The position numbers and the translations under genes are program-made. This document shows positions 47,584 to 60,776 of a DNA stretch of 64,000 nt, one piece after another (within the stretch, counting starts at the first letter, position 1; each line of letters begins with the position of its first letter). The notes beneath the pieces are model-generated. The model made no database searches. It had not been told where the DNA came from and worked only from the letters and a program-made list of their open reading frames with translations. The stretch comes from Firmicutes bacterium UBA3576 (lineage in GTDB: Bacteria; Bacillota; Sulfobacillia; UBA3569), in assembly GCA_002375895.1 (NCBI GenBank), contig DFND01000043.1, forward strand, positions 4,033-68,032. Direction: 5' to 3'.

Positions 47584-47608
47584 AGGCTGTCCCACCTCTC
47601 TCACCGGG

Positions 47609-48736
47609 GTGTTGGAGATGGCGAGGCAGAGAGTTGTGGTGGCGATGAGCGGTGGCGTGGACAGTTCCGTGGCCGCCGCTTTGCTTGTGGAACAGGGGTA
47701 TGAGGTCATCGGGGTGACTATGCGGTTGCTGCCCGACCCCGACGACCCCGAGAAGGCGCCGCCGGGCGGCTGTTGTTCCCTGGCGGCGGTGGAGGACGCC
47801 CGCTCTACGGCCTTTAGGCTGGGCATCCCCTACTACGTCATAAACCTGCAGGGGCCCTTTGAGGAGGCCGTGATCGAGCCCTTCGTCAGCGAGTACCTGC
47901 GGGGCCGGACGCCCAACCCCTGCATCGCCTGCAACCGGTACATCAAGTTCGAGGTGCTGATGGACAAGGCTCGGGCGTGGGGTGCGGATTACCTGGCCAC
48001 GGGCCATTATGCCAGGAGGGCCCGGAGTGAGGGCGGGTTTCTCCTGCTCAGGGGCCGGGACCGCGATAAGGACCAGAGCTACGCCCTCTACGGCCTGACG
48101 CAAGAGCAGCTGGCGCGCACTCTCTTCCCGTTGGGGGAGTACACCAAGGACGAGGTGCGGCGGAGGGCCCGCGACCTGGGCCTCAGGGTGGCTGAGAAGC
48201 CCGAGAGCCAGGAGATCTGTTTCGTCCAGGAGGGCGACTACCGAGAGTTCATCCGTAAGCGGGCCCGTGGGGCTATGCGCCCAGGCCCGATGCTCAGCGT
48301 CACAGGAGAGGTGCTGGGCGAACATGAGGGCCTGGCCTTCTACACCATCGGTCAGAGGCGCGGGCTCGGCCTGTCCCTGGGTTACCCAGCCTACGTAGTG
48401 GATATCGACCCGGTCAGGAACGCGGTGATAGTGGGGAGGAGAGACGACCTCTTCGCCTGGGGACTTGTAGCGTCTGATATGAATTACGTATCGGGGCGGC
48501 AGCCGAGGCCAGGGGAGAGGGTCACCGTCAAGGTCAGGTATCGGGCGGAGGACCGGCCGGCCAGGGTCTGGCCCCTCGGGGACGGACGAGCGGTGCTCCG
48601 CTTCGATGCGCCCCAGCGGGCGGTGACTCCTGGACAGGCCGCGGTTCTCTACCAGGGCGAGGTGTGTCTCGGCGGAGGTACTATCAGCGAGGTAATAAGG
48701 GGGCGGGAGGATGCCGAAGGTCTTCCTCAACGGTGA
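47609..48736 (+). CDS. mnmA: tRNA-specific 2-thiouridylase MnmA
   Basis: PP-loop SGGVDSSV; catalytic Cys (CIACN); 375 aa. Confidence 0.92.
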   Translation: MLEMARQRVVVAMSGGVDSSVAAALLVEQGYEVIGVTMRLLPDPDDPEKAPPGGCCSLAAVEDARSTAFRLGIPYYVINLQGPFEEAVIEPFVSEYLRGRTPNPCIACNRYIKFEVLMDKARAWGADYLATGHYARRARSEGGFLLLRGRDRDKDQSYALYGLTQEQLARTLFPLGEYTKDEVRRRARDLGLRVAEKPESQEICFVQEGDYREFIRKRARGAMRPGPMLSVTGEVLGEHEGLAFYTIGQRRGLGLSLGYPAYVVDIDPVRNAVIVGRRDDLFAWGLVASDMNYVSGRQPRPGERVTVKVRYRAEDRPARVWPLGDGRAVLRFDAPQRAVTPGQAAVLYQGEVCLGGGTISEVIRGREDAEGLPQR

Positions 48737-49541
48737 GATAGTCGATGAAGGAGATGCGCGGGTTCCCGTAACCGACAGGGGCCTTCTCTTCGCCGACGCT
48801 GTTTACGAGGTGGTGAGGGTCTATGGGGGGGAACCCTTCCTCTGGCGCGAGCACATGGCGAGGATGGAGCGGGGTGCCAGGTTCCTGCAGATACCCTTGC
48901 CCTTCGGCCCCGAGGAGCTCAAGGGGTACGCCCTGGAGCTTATTGACCTCAACGAGTGTTACCTGGGGGTTGTGTACATCCAGCTGACCCGGGGGCCGGC
49001 CCCCCGCGTGCACCGTTTCCCGGAGAGAGTCAGGCCGACCGCCTTCATGTTCACGCAGGAGGTCGCTCGGCCGGACCGGGAGCTAGTGCGGCGCGGCGTC
49101 GACCTGGTGACCCTACCTGACGTCCGGTGGGGTTTGTGTGAAGTCAAGACCGTGGGCCTCTTGCCCAACGTCCTGGGCAAAGAGGAGGCGGCCAAGAGGG
49201 GGGCCTTCGACGCTCTGTTCGTGAGGGACGGCGTGATCACCGAGGGCACCAGCAGCAATTTCTTCGCGGTGAGGAACGGCAGGCTAGTCACTTACCCCGT
49301 GGACAACATCCTCCCCGGAGTTACCAGGGCTAAAGTCCTCGAGATCGCCGGCAGGCTGGGCCTCGAGGTTCAGGAGAGAGGCCTTGAGGTCGACGAGCTT
49401 CGGGACTGCGAGGAGGCCTTCCTGACCGGAACGGTGCTCGAGGTGATGCCGGTCCGGTCGGTGGACGGGATAGAGCTCGGGCCGCCGGGCCCCGTGACAC
49501 GGCGGCTCTTGGAGGAGTACGAGGGATTAATCGAGGCGTGA
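48711..49541 (+). CDS. Class IV aminotransferase (D-amino-acid / branched-chain aminotransferase-like)
   Basis: Fold-type IV motifs ([17 protein letters not shown]); 276 aa. Confidence 0.8.
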   Translation: MPKVFLNGEIVDEGDARVPVTDRGLLFADAVYEVVRVYGGEPFLWREHMARMERGARFLQIPLPFGPEELKGYALELIDLNECYLGVVYIQLTRGPAPRVHRFPERVRPTAFMFTQEVARPDRELVRRGVDLVTLPDVRWGLCEVKTVGLLPNVLGKEEAAKRGAFDALFVRDGVITEGTSSNFFAVRNGRLVTYPVDNILPGVTRAKVLEIAGRLGLEVQERGLEVDELRDCEEAFLTGTVLEVMPVRSVDGIELGPPGPVTRRLLEEYEGLIEA

Positions 49542-49634
49542 AGACGGCCCGGGAGGACCCCGGGCCTTAAACCTTTAATGGGGGAATTCCCACGGCCTTC
49601 GGGGGAATACTAGGACCGTTAGGGGTGAGACAGC

Positions 49635-49829
49635 ATGCAGTGTCCCGTATGCGGCGGCCGGGCCGTGGGAAAGGTTGGGATGGCGCAGTACTTCTGTTCT
49701 GAGTGTTGCATCGAGTTCAAGGTGGGCAAATCCCACTGCGAGCTGTACAAGCTGGACCCCGATGGTGGCCTGGTGAGGGTTACGGAGGAAGAGCTGAAAC
49801 AGGAATTCGAGAAGGCTTACGGGAGGTGA
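49635..49829 (+). CDS. Small zinc-ribbon protein
   Basis: CPVCGG...CSECC; 64 aa with RBS. Confidence 0.45.
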   Translation: MQCPVCGGRAVGKVGMAQYFCSECCIEFKVGKSHCELYKLDPDGGLVRVTEEELKQEFEKAYGR

Positions 49830-49833
49830 GCAG

Positions 49834-50034
49834 ATGTCCACAGGCTATCTCCGAGGCCTGCTGCTGGTGGGGTTGCTGGGATTGGCGGCCGGGTTCCTGT
49901 TATCGCCGCAGATGAGAGATGACGCCAGGAAAAAGCTCATGGAGGGCACAGAGAACCTGTCCAAGGGCGCCGGGAGGTTCTTCGTGAGGACGCAGGAGAG
50001 CGTGAGGATGTTGAAGGACAAGATTAAGCATTGA
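49834..50034 (+). CDS. Small single-TM membrane protein
   Basis: 66 aa; N-terminal TM then a charged helix; start 5 nt after the previous stop. Confidence 0.45.
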   Translation: MSTGYLRGLLLVGLLGLAAGFLLSPQMRDDARKKLMEGTENLSKGAGRFFVRTQESVRMLKDKIKH

Positions 50035-50107
50035 CAGCGGCGGGCCCGGAGCTTCCTGGGCCCGCTCGCCGATAGGAGGTCCGTCCCTGGTTTCACGGCG
50101 TATAACC

Positions 50108-51112
50108 TTGTATCTTATAATAAGCGGCGTCATCGTAACGGCGCTCCTTTTAGTTTTCGCCATCAGGGCAGTCCTGACCCCCTTCCTGTTCGCGCTGGTC
50201 ATCACGTACCTGTTCGCGCCCCTGATCGAATTCCTCGAGAGCAGGGGCCTTGGTCGCCTTCTGGCGATACTGGCGGTCTACGCCGTGTTCGGCGCCGTCG
50301 TGGCCCTGGTGGTCGTGTTCCTGGTCCCCAACCTGCTGGCTGAGCTGAACAGGTTCGCGGAGAGCGTGCCCGAGCTCATCCGGCGGGTGGAGGCCTTCGG
50401 CGAGAGGTTGGAACGCAGCTTCACCCGGACACCGCTTCCCGACAGCGTGAGGGCGGTGGTCAACGACACCATCCGCGACCTCGAGCAAACGCTTCTCAAC
50501 CTGGCCCGGGCGGCAGTGCAGGGCACGGTGAGCCTCTTCTCGGGGTTGCTGAGCCTGATCCTGGCCCCCATCCTGGCCTTCTATCTCCTCAGGGACCTGC
50601 CGGCCTTCAAGGACAAGCTGACCGCCCTCGTCCCCAAGGAATCGCGGGCCGAGGTCCTCGCGGTGGCCGTCGAGGTGGACCGGGCCCTGGCCGGGTTCAT
50701 CAGGGGGCAGCTGATCCTGGCGTTAGTGGTGGGAGTACTGACCGCCCTTGGGCTGCAGCTGCTGGGCGTCAGGTTCGCGCTCATCCTGGGCATGGTCGCC
50801 GGGTTCTTCAACATCATCCCCTATTTCGGCCCCATCGTCGGGGCGATCCCGGCAGTGGCCCTGGCGCTCCTGAAGGACCCCCTGCTGGCGCTGTGGGTGG
50901 TCCTCATGTTCTTCGGCATCCAGCAGCTAGAGAACCTCGTCCTCAGCCCGAAGATCCTGGGCGAACGCGTGGGCCTTCACCCCCTGGCCGTCATCTTCTC
51001 CGTGTTGGCCGGCGCGCAGCTGGGCGGGGTCGTGGGCATGTTCCTCGCCGTCCCGGTGATGGCGGTGGCCAGGGTATTGATCTGGTACCTCATAAGAAAG
51101 GTGCGGCAATAG
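50108..51112 (+). CDS. AI-2E family transporter (PerM/YdiK-like permease)
   Basis: 8-TM AI-2E topology with conserved C-terminal GxxG-rich region; 334 aa. Confidence 0.8.
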   Translation: MYLIISGVIVTALLLVFAIRAVLTPFLFALVITYLFAPLIEFLESRGLGRLLAILAVYAVFGAVVALVVVFLVPNLLAELNRFAESVPELIRRVEAFGERLERSFTRTPLPDSVRAVVNDTIRDLEQTLLNLARAAVQGTVSLFSGLLSLILAPILAFYLLRDLPAFKDKLTALVPKESRAEVLAVAVEVDRALAGFIRGQLILALVVGVLTALGLQLLGVRFALILGMVAGFFNIIPYFGPIVGAIPAVALALLKDPLLALWVVLMFFGIQQLENLVLSPKILGERVGLHPLAVIFSVLAGAQLGGVVGMFLAVPVMAVARVLIWYLIRKVRQ

Positions 51113-51129
51113 GGCCGGGGCCTCAGCCG

Positions 51130-51158
51130 TTGACAGATTCTCCCGCCTCGGGTATAAT
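51130..51158 (+). promoter_or_regulatory. Sigma-A promoter of the alaS T-box leader
   Basis: TTGACA (51130-51135), a 17-nt spacer, then TATAAT (51153-51158). Confidence 0.8.
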
Positions 51159-51159
51159 C

Positions 51160-51445
51160 TCGGCAGCGGGGAACTGATAAGGTGAAGGCTGTGAACGGGA
51201 AGAAGGTGCGTAGGGTTCCACCCAGAGAGGGGCCCGGGCGGGTGAAAGGGCCCTTGGAACGGCGTGCCGGGCCCCCCGGGAGCACCGGCCCGAAGGATAT
51301 GGAGGCCGAAGGGCCGGCGTGGGCGCGCGATAAGCCGTGGATTGCGTGACGTGATCCGCCGAGATGCCGCTTCCGCGGCGAATCAGGGTGGTACCGCGAG
51401 ATGACCCCTCGCCCCTGTCGGGCCGGGGGTTTCCTTTTGAAGAGT
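51160..51445 (+). promoter_or_regulatory. T-box riboswitch leader (Ala) of alaS
   Basis: Conserved T-box sequence AATCAGGGTGGTACCGCGAG at 51381-51400. A terminator hairpin follows (CCCCTCGCCCC...GGGCCGGGGG, then TTTCCTTTT). A GGCU is present in the upstream specifier region (AAGGCUG). Confidence 0.85.
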
Positions 51446-51464
51446 TCGGGAGGGAGGACCCAGG

Positions 51465-54119
<2,655 letters not shown>

Positions 54120-54199
54120 GACGCGGGCGCCGATGGGAAAATAGAGGAAATGGGGGGAGGTGTGCCGAACCTATCCCTAACCGCCAAGTCATCGGGAAG

Positions 54200-54469
54200 G
54201 TGGTGAACTCGATGGTCGATTCCGAGGAGACCATGATGTACAAGGTCAAGGCCGAGGAATCCTACGAGCCCCGAGAGGTCATCACGGCCGTCTATGAGGC
54301 GTTAAAGGAAAAGGGTTATAACCCCATCAATCAGATCGTGGGCTACCTCCTGTCCGGAGATCCGGCTTACATCACCAGTCACGGCGAGGCCCGCAGCCTG
54401 ATCCGCAAGATAGAGAGGGACGAGCTACTGGAGGAACTGGTGGCCTATTACCTGAAGGAGGAGAAATGA
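54200..54469 (+). CDS. ireB: IreB-family regulatory phosphoprotein (UPF0297)
   Basis: Conserved [16 protein letters not shown] block; conserved position after alaS; 89 aa. Confidence 0.85.
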   Translation: MVNSMVDSEETMMYKVKAEESYEPREVITAVYEALKEKGYNPINQIVGYLLSGDPAYITSHGEARSLIRKIERDELLEELVAYYLKEEK

Positions 54470-54530
54470 TCCCTTCCGTAAGAAGACAGGTAGATAGGGC
54501 CGAGGGGCGGTACACCGGGGGAGATGGCCG

Positions 54531-55193
54531 TTGATTCCCATCAAGGACAGCGTCAGGCCGCGCTCTTTTCCTTTTGTTAACACAGCGCTTATATTCCTAA
54601 ATATTCTGGTCTTCGCCTATCAGCTGACGCTGGACCCGGTAGCCCTCAGAGAGCTCTACACTTCCCTGGGGGTCGTCCCCGCTCGGCTCGGGCTCTTCGA
54701 CGAGACCCTCATTACGGCGACCTTTCTCCACGGCGGCTGGGCCCATATCATCGGGAATATGTTATACCTCTGGGTCTTCGGTGATAACGTCGAGGACCGG
54801 CTGGGTCATACCCGTTACCTCTTTTTTTATCTCCTGGCCGGGGTGGCGGCCAATTTCGGCCACGCCCTGGCGAACCCCCTGTCGCCGATCCCGACGATCG
54901 GGGCCAGCGGGGCGGTGGCGGGGGTCCTCGGCGCCTACTTCCTACTCTTCCCCAGGTCGAGGGTGTTGGCCCTCGTTCCCCTGGGCTTCTTCCTTCAGCT
55001 GGCGGAGGTGCCGGCGGTTCTCTTCCTCTTTCTGTGGTTCGTGTTGCAGTTATTAAACGGAGTGGCCAATCTGGGAGCGCCCAATACTATGGCCCAGGGT
55101 ATTGCATGGTGGTCCCACATCAGCGGCTTTGCCGTGGGGTTCCTATTCATCATGCTGCTGGCCCGGGATGCGCTGCAGAGGGATAGGAGATAA
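54531..55193 (+). CDS. Rhomboid-family intramembrane serine protease
   Basis: GASGAV catalytic Ser motif and downstream His in a TM helix (WSHISGF); 220 aa. Confidence 0.85.
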   Translation: MIPIKDSVRPRSFPFVNTALIFLNILVFAYQLTLDPVALRELYTSLGVVPARLGLFDETLITATFLHGGWAHIIGNMLYLWVFGDNVEDRLGHTRYLFFYLLAGVAANFGHALANPLSPIPTIGASGAVAGVLGAYFLLFPRSRVLALVPLGFFLQLAEVPAVLFLFLWFVLQLLNGVANLGAPNTMAQGIAWWSHISGFAVGFLFIMLLARDALQRDRR

Positions 55194-55196
55194 TGG

Positions 55197-56156
55197 GTGA
55201 GGGGAAAGATGGAGCGGAGGACTCTAGGCGAGACGGGACTGGTGGTGTCCCGTCTCTGTTTCGGTGCCCTGACGTTGAGTCGTCTTCAGGCCGGCCTCCG
55301 GCCGACTGAGGGCGCAAGGCTCATGGCGATGGCGCATGCTCTTGGGGTCAACTTCTTCGACACCGCGGAGCTCTACGATAATTACGAGCACTTTCGACTC
55401 TTTCTGCGCGAGGTGGATCGGCCCCAGGTGATCCTGGCGACCAAGGCCTACGCCTACGATGCGGTGTCGCTCGAGCGGAGCCTCGGCCACGCCCTGAGGT
55501 CGATGGGGACCGACTACATCGACCTGTTCATGCTGCACGAGCAGGAATCGGCGGAGACGCTGGAGGGCCACCGGGAGGCGCTTGAGGCCCTGGTGCGGGC
55601 TAAGGAGGCTGGAGCCGTTAGGGCCACGGGCATCTCCACCCATTCTCCGGCGGCAGTGCTGGCCGCCGCGCGGCGGCCGGAGGTCGACGTCATCATGGCC
55701 ATCATGAACGCGAGAGGCATCGGCATAAGGGGGAGCGCGCAGGAGATGCACGGCGCCCTCAGCCGCGCGAGGGCGGCCGGCAAGGGTATCTGCCTCATGA
55801 AGGTGCTCGGCGGCGGGACCCTGCTGCAGGATGTGGAGGCGGCCCTCGGGTTCGCCCTCGACCTACCCTACGCGGACGCGGTGGCCGTGGGGATAAAGAG
55901 CCGCGCGGAGCTGGAGATGGACGTGGCCCTCTTTGAGGGGCGGCCCGTGTCCCCCGCGGTGCTGGAGGAGCTCAGGCATGCCACCAAGGAGCTGGTCATA
56001 GAGCCAACCTGCTCGGGCTGCGCTCTGTGTGTTCAGGCCTGCGGCCAGGGGGCCCTGGAGCTGGTGGCGGGCAAGGTCAGGGTAGATCGTGGCCGCTGTG
56101 TGCTCTGCGGTTACTGCGTGGGACGTTGCCCGGAGATGTCCATAGCTGTGGTTTAG
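55197..56156 (+). CDS. Aldo/keto reductase fused to a C-terminal 4Fe-4S dicluster ferredoxin domain
   Basis: AKR N-terminus (RRTLGETGLVVSRLCFG); C-terminal CSGCALCVQAC...CVLCGYCVGRCP; 319 aa. Confidence 0.8.
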   Translation: MRGKMERRTLGETGLVVSRLCFGALTLSRLQAGLRPTEGARLMAMAHALGVNFFDTAELYDNYEHFRLFLREVDRPQVILATKAYAYDAVSLERSLGHALRSMGTDYIDLFMLHEQESAETLEGHREALEALVRAKEAGAVRATGISTHSPAAVLAAARRPEVDVIMAIMNARGIGIRGSAQEMHGALSRARAAGKGICLMKVLGGGTLLQDVEAALGFALDLPYADAVAVGIKSRAELEMDVALFEGRPVSPAVLEELRHATKELVIEPTCSGCALCVQACGQGALELVAGKVRVDRGRCVLCGYCVGRCPEMSIAVV

Positions 56157-56181
56157 CGACCATTACGGGAGGAGGCGCACT

Positions 56182-56598
56182 TTGAAGATCCTCGGCCTTG
56201 ACGTCGGCAGCAAGCGGGTGGGCCTGGCAGTGAGCGACGAGCTCGGGCTGGTGGCCGGGCCGCTGACTGTGCTGGCGAGAGATGACCTCGGGGAGGTGGC
56301 CCGGGTAATTGAGGAGGAGAAGGTCCGGGAGGTGGTTATCGGCCTGCCGCGTCGCTCAGACGGCAGTTACGGGCCCGAGGCCGCGGAGGTGCGGGCCTAC
56401 GCGGAGGAGCTACGGGCGGCCATCCCCGAGCACGTGAAGGTGACCTTCTGGGATGAGAGGTTCAGCACGGTAAGCGCCGAGCGGTACCTCATCGAGGCCG
56501 ACGTCCGGAGACGAAGGCGACGCGAGATCATCGACAAGGTGGCCGCATCGCTTATCCTGCAGGCCTACCTCGATCATAGGAACAGGCATAATAGGTGA
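56182..56598 (+). CDS. ruvX: Holliday-junction-resolvase-like nuclease RuvX (YqgF)
   Basis: ILGLDVGSKRVGLAVSD N-terminus; 138 aa. Confidence 0.9.
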   Translation: MKILGLDVGSKRVGLAVSDELGLVAGPLTVLARDDLGEVARVIEEEKVREVVIGLPRRSDGSYGPEAAEVRAYAEELRAAIPEHVKVTFWDERFSTVSAERYLIEADVRRRRRREIIDKVAASLILQAYLDHRNRHNR

Positions 56599-56675
56599 GG
56601 AGGAGGTTGGTTAAATTAAGACTGCTTTGAGCCCGGACGTCGTTGACAGGTACCTTTTGCTAGTGTAGAATACGG

Positions 56676-56993
56676 GTGATTTCCACGAGAGAGGTGGTGC
56701 GTCAGATGGAAGACAGGGAGAACACGATCGTTCTCACCGACGAGGACGGAGACGAGTACGAGTTCACGGTGATCGATGTCCTGGACGTCGACGACAAGGA
56801 GTACCTGGTTCTCCTGCCCCCCGAGGGCGAGGATGCAGAGGTCGATGAGGCCGTCATCCTCCGCTTGGAGGTGGATGAGAACGGGGAGGAAGTGCTCTAC
56901 GACATCGAGGACGATGAGGAATGGGATAGGGTGAGCCAGGCCTGGGAGGAGAGGATGGAGCAGGAGTTCGACGAATGGGATGAGGAGAGCTAG
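56676..56993 (+). CDS. DUF1292 acidic protein
   Basis: Highly acidic, conserved position after ruvX; own promoter TTGACA-17-TAGAAT at about 56643-56671; 105 aa. Confidence 0.75.
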   Translation: MISTREVVRQMEDRENTIVLTDEDGDEYEFTVIDVLDVDDKEYLVLLPPEGEDAEVDEAVILRLEVDENGEEVLYDIEDDEEWDRVSQAWEERMEQEFDEWDEES

Positions 56994-57066
56994 GCCCGGA
57001 GGCTTGACCAGTTCCCCACTCGGCGGTATATAATCTAGAGTAAGTCCTCGTCAGGGAGAACGACGG

Positions 57067-58131
57067 ATGTTCAGGCTCAGGGCGCTGCTGAAAGCCGTAA
57101 CCACCAGAAGCCGAGCCCTTAACTTACACGTTCTGGTGCTGGTACTGGTGTTAGGGGTCGGCTTTCTAGTTTCTCATTACCTTCACATCGTGCTCGGCCC
57201 GGTGGACCCGACCGACGGATCGGAGGTGGAGGTCTACGTGCCACCGCGCTCCACAACGGCCGCCATCGCCGGTCTCCTGCACCGGGCCGGGGTGATCAAC
57301 GATCCCTTAGCCTTTCGGTTGCTGGCCAGATGGCGCGGCGTGGATGGGCTGCTGAAGGCGGGGGAGTACAGGTTCAGCCGCGACATGGCGATGAACGAGA
57401 TCATCGACAAGCTGGTGGCCGGCGAGGTGGTGACCTACTCCTTCACCATACCCGAGGGGTACACCCTTTCTCTCATAGCCGATAAGCTCTCCTCGTTAGG
57501 TTTCGTGGACCGTGAGAGGTTTGTGGCCCTCGCTCACGACCCGTCCTTTGTCCCCGAGTTCGTTCCCCACGACGCCCTAGACGTTATCCCCCACCCGGTG
57601 GAGGGATATCTCTTTCCGGATACCTACGTGCTGACTCGGGAGGCCACTGAAGAAGACATCCTCCGCATGATGTTGGACAGGTTCCGGGAGGTCTTCAACG
57701 ACGAGATGCGCCAGAGGGCGGAGGAGCTCGGGATGACCGTACACGAGGTGGTGACTCTGGCCTCCATAATCGAGGCCGAGGCTCGCGTGGCCGCCGAGCG
57801 ACCGATAATCTCCGGCGTGTACCACAACCGCCTCCGCATCGGGATGAAGCTCGACGCCGATCCCACGGTGAGGTATGTCCTCGATGTGGGAGCGGAACGG
57901 CCGCTGTTCCGCAAGGACCTGGAGGTAGACTCACCCTACAACACCTACCGCAACGCCGGCCTGCCCCCGGGACCGATAAATAATCCTGGGCTGGCCTCTA
58001 TCGAGGCCGCCCTGTACCCGGCGGATGTCGATTACCTCTATTTCGTCTCCAAGGGCGACGGGACGGGTGAGCACGCTTTCAGCGAGACCTACGCCGAGCA
58101 CCTTCAGAACCTGAGGAAGTATCAGAAGTAG
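57067..58131 (+). CDS. mltG: Endolytic murein transglycosylase MltG
   Basis: YceG-like domain with a catalytic Glu region; 354 aa; promoter TTGACC-17-TATATAAT upstream. Confidence 0.88.
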   Translation: MFRLRALLKAVTTRSRALNLHVLVLVLVLGVGFLVSHYLHIVLGPVDPTDGSEVEVYVPPRSTTAAIAGLLHRAGVINDPLAFRLLARWRGVDGLLKAGEYRFSRDMAMNEIIDKLVAGEVVTYSFTIPEGYTLSLIADKLSSLGFVDRERFVALAHDPSFVPEFVPHDALDVIPHPVEGYLFPDTYVLTREATEEDILRMMLDRFREVFNDEMRQRAEELGMTVHEVVTLASIIEAEARVAAERPIISGVYHNRLRIGMKLDADPTVRYVLDVGAERPLFRKDLEVDSPYNTYRNAGLPPGPINNPGLASIEAALYPADVDYLYFVSKGDGTGEHAFSETYAEHLQNLRKYQK

Positions 58132-58172
58132 ATATTTGGAATACCTCCTGGCGCTGTCGGGAAAAACATCCA

Positions 58173-59834
58173 GTGACAGCGCCGGGAGGTGATCCCTTGC
58201 CCGCAAGACGCATAACGACCCTCATCCTCGCCGTCAGCGTTATGTTCGCGCTCCTCGGTCTGAGGTTGTTCTACTGTCAGATCCTGTGGGGGGGCGAGCT
58301 GGCGGCCCTCGCCGTAGAGCAGCGACGCATCCCCCTATCCACGCTGGAGAGGGGAGATATCCTCTACCGTGACGGCACCTCCCTGACCGACAGCGATTAT
58401 CGGCTTGACTTGGTCCTGATCTCTCGCCCCGATGAGCCGCAGCATCTCGCCCGCCGCCTGGCTGATTTCACGGGCGCTGAGGCTGAGGCCTTTTGGGGCG
58501 CCTTAAGCTCCGAACCCCCCGTCACCTTGCTGTCCGACCTCAGTCCGGCGGAGGCCGCCTCTGTCTCCCGCTTGGTGGCTGAGCTCGATGAGATAATGAT
58601 AGTCCCCCGTTACGTCAGGTACGGAGCCGGTTCCAAAGCCAGGCATCTCGTAGGCCACCTCGACGGCAACGGGAGGGGGGCCGTAGGCCTAGAGAGCGCC
58701 GTCGACCACCTCCTGCGCTCGGACGGGCGGGGCGAGGGCATCTTCCTCTACGTCGACGCCAGGGGAGTTCCCTTGAACGGCCTAGGTGTTAGGAGCACGC
58801 TGTCCAGCGCGCTGCCCGCGGTCGTCACCACGATAGACCCCACGGTGCAGCGGATCGTGGAGGACGTCATGGACCGGCTCATCCCGCGGGGCGCTGTAGT
58901 GGTCGTCAGACCGGAGACGGGAGAGGTCCTCGCCATGGCCTCCCGCCCCAATTACGAACAGGACCGGGTGGGGGCCTACCTCGATGAACCGGGGAGCCCC
59001 CTGGTGAACCGCGCCCTGAGGGGCTACCCGCCGGGTTCGGTGTTCAAGGTGGTGACTGCCGCCGCAGCCCTTGAGTCCGGTATTGCAGGGCCCTACTCCT
59101 ACTTCAACTGCGGCGGCTACCTACGCCTGGGAGAGCGGGTTATCCGCTGCAGGGTCGGTGGCCACGGTACGGTGAGCCTGGCCGGGGCCATGACGGTCTC
59201 CTGTAACACCACCTTCGTGACTCTCGGGCTGCAGCTAGGGCCCGAGCTGGTCCTGGACCTGGCCAACCGTCTCGGGTTTGGGCGACCGACGGGGCTTGGG
59301 CTTGATGAGTCCGTTCCGGCCCTGCCACGGGGCCCGTTCTCCGCCGGAGACACGGCCAATATCGCACTGGGCCAGGGCGAGCTGCTGGTAACCCCCGTTC
59401 AGGTGGCCAGGATGATGTCGGCGATAGCCGATGAGGGTATACTGAGGCCCCTCCGTGTTATCACCGAGGTGAGGTCGCCTGAGGGGGTGATAATATGGAA
59501 GCCCCGACAGCCGGCGCCCGTGAGGGTGCTCTCCCGGCCCCTGGCCTTGACGCTGAAGTCGATGCTCCTGAGGGTGGTGCGTGAGGGAACCGGCCAGGAG
59601 GCGGCCGTGCACGGGTTCGGCGTGGCCGGGAAGACGGGGACGGCGGAGACGGGGAGGAGGGACGCGAGCGGCGAGCCCATCACACACGCCTGGTTTGCGG
59701 GCTTCTTCCCCTACTCGCGGCCCGAGTTCACCGTCGTCGTCCTGGTGGAGGAGGGCGGGCTCGGCGGCGACGTAGCGGCCCGCGCTTTCAGCGAGATCGC
59801 CGCGGGGATAATGGCACAACGCCCCTCCGACTGA
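58173..59834 (+). CDS. Class B penicillin-binding protein (peptidoglycan D,D-transpeptidase, SpoVD/PbpI/FtsI-like)
   Basis: N-terminal TM, dimerisation domain, transpeptidase motifs SVFK (SxxK), SCN (SxN), KTGTA; 553 aa. Confidence 0.88.
   Translation: MTAPGGDPLPARRITTLILAVSVMFALLGLRLFYCQILWGGELAALAVEQRRIPLSTLERGDILYRDGTSLTDSDYRLDLVLISRPDEPQHLARRLADFTGAEAEAFWGALSSEPPVTLLSDLSPAEAASVSRLVAELDEIMIVPRYVRYGAGSKARHLVGHLDGNGRGAVGLESAVDHLLRSDGRGEGIFLYVDARGVPLNGLGVRSTLSSALPAVVTTIDPTVQRIVEDVMDRLIPRGAVVVVRPETGEVLAMASRPNYEQDRVGAYLDEPGSPLVNRALRGYPPGSVFKVVTAAAALESGIAGPYSYFNCGGYLRLGERVIRCRVGGHGTVSLAGAMTVSCNTTFVTLGLQLGPELVLDLANRLGFGRPTGLGLDESVPALPRGPFSAGDTANIALGQGELLVTPVQVARMMSAIADEGILRPLRVITEVRSPEGVIIWKPRQPAPVRVLSRPLALTLKSMLLRVVREGTGQEAAVHGFGVAGKTGTAETGRRDASGEPITHAWFAGFFPYSRPEFTVVVLVEEGGLGGDVAARAFSEIAAGIMAQRPSD
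59757..59834 (+). repeat. Direct repeat copy A (3' end of the PBP gene)
   Basis: About 85% identical over about 75 bp to 61201-61275; contains the PBP stop codon. Confidence 0.8.
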
Positions 59835-60074
59835 CAGGTTGGGATGGCTCGGAACTTTCCACGCTGGGTACTTCACCTATCGGCATATGTCCTAAGTTCT
59901 CGGTGCAAGGAGCCCTAATCAAGAGGAGCCGGTCGTTTGAGTATCCTTGAAATAATGTCTTTGACTTCTTCTTCACTCTGCTCCCAATTTACGCAACTTG
60001 TGCTGAAAGAGTTGCTAGTTCCCTCACCGCTACCTGGATCCTTGTGGACCTCAGCCGCCCGCTTCAACTCTGTT

Positions 60075-60776
60075 CTAGCCCATAGAGTCTAACTGAACCC
60101 GCCCCACTCGCGAATCCCTCTTCTCGCATAGTTCCCTCAAGCAGCGTACATATGGCCCCCAGTCTCCGGAGGTATCCATCTTGGACAATTCAGCCTTTGC
60201 GGCCTCAAAATCTCCCAGTTCGCGGTAAATCTCGATCCGAACCAACCGGTGTTCCGGAGAGCGGCGCCTCTTGGTAAGTGCAAGGATAGCCTCTAAGTTT
60301 TGCCGCCACTCAGAATCGGTCAGGAGCCGGTTCTTCTGTTCAGGTGCCGGCCGACCACGCCGCGATGGCTTTCGGTCTAATAGGATATCGTTATGGGCAC
60401 GCCAAGCCAGAAGTCTGAGCTTGAGCTCTTCATCGGTAGTGCGGCAGACCCCAGCCTCCACCGCCTCTAGGTATTCAAGCGTTCCAAGGAACCTTACTAT
60501 GGGGAACATGGTGTTGTTCCTGTCTTCCCAGGGGAACATGGGGTCGCTCCTATCTACTATCTCAGCGTCGTCTAAAAGATCGTCCAGCCAGAAAAAGGTC
60601 CCGCATTCGTCGCATAGGCTAATCTGTGGCATCTCTGGCAGCATTGGAGCCACACACTTGCCATCAGTCCAATACTCTGCGCCGAACGTGTTTCCTGACA
60701 TGATTGAAGGGTAGAGAAAAACACCGCTACAGTTAGGTCCTGGGCATCTGATAACATAATCAGGTCCGGGTCGCAT
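60075..60776 (-). CDS. Hypothetical protein with N-terminal zinc-ribbon-like Cys motifs, encoded within the low-GC insert
   Basis: 233 aa from ATG 60776 with RBS GGAGGTG; CPGPNC...CDEC; no recognisable family; local GC is about 50% versus about 65% in the flanks. Confidence 0.5.
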   Translation of the reverse strand: MRPGPDYVIRCPGPNCSGVFLYPSIMSGNTFGAEYWTDGKCVAPMLPEMPQISLCDECGTFFWLDDLLDDAEIVDRSDPMFPWEDRNNTMFPIVRFLGTLEYLEAVEAGVCRTTDEELKLRLLAWRAHNDILLDRKPSRRGRPAPEQKNRLLTDSEWRQNLEAILALTKRRRSPEHRLVRIEIYRELGDFEAAKAELSKMDTSGDWGPYVRCLRELCEKRDSRVGRVQLDSMG

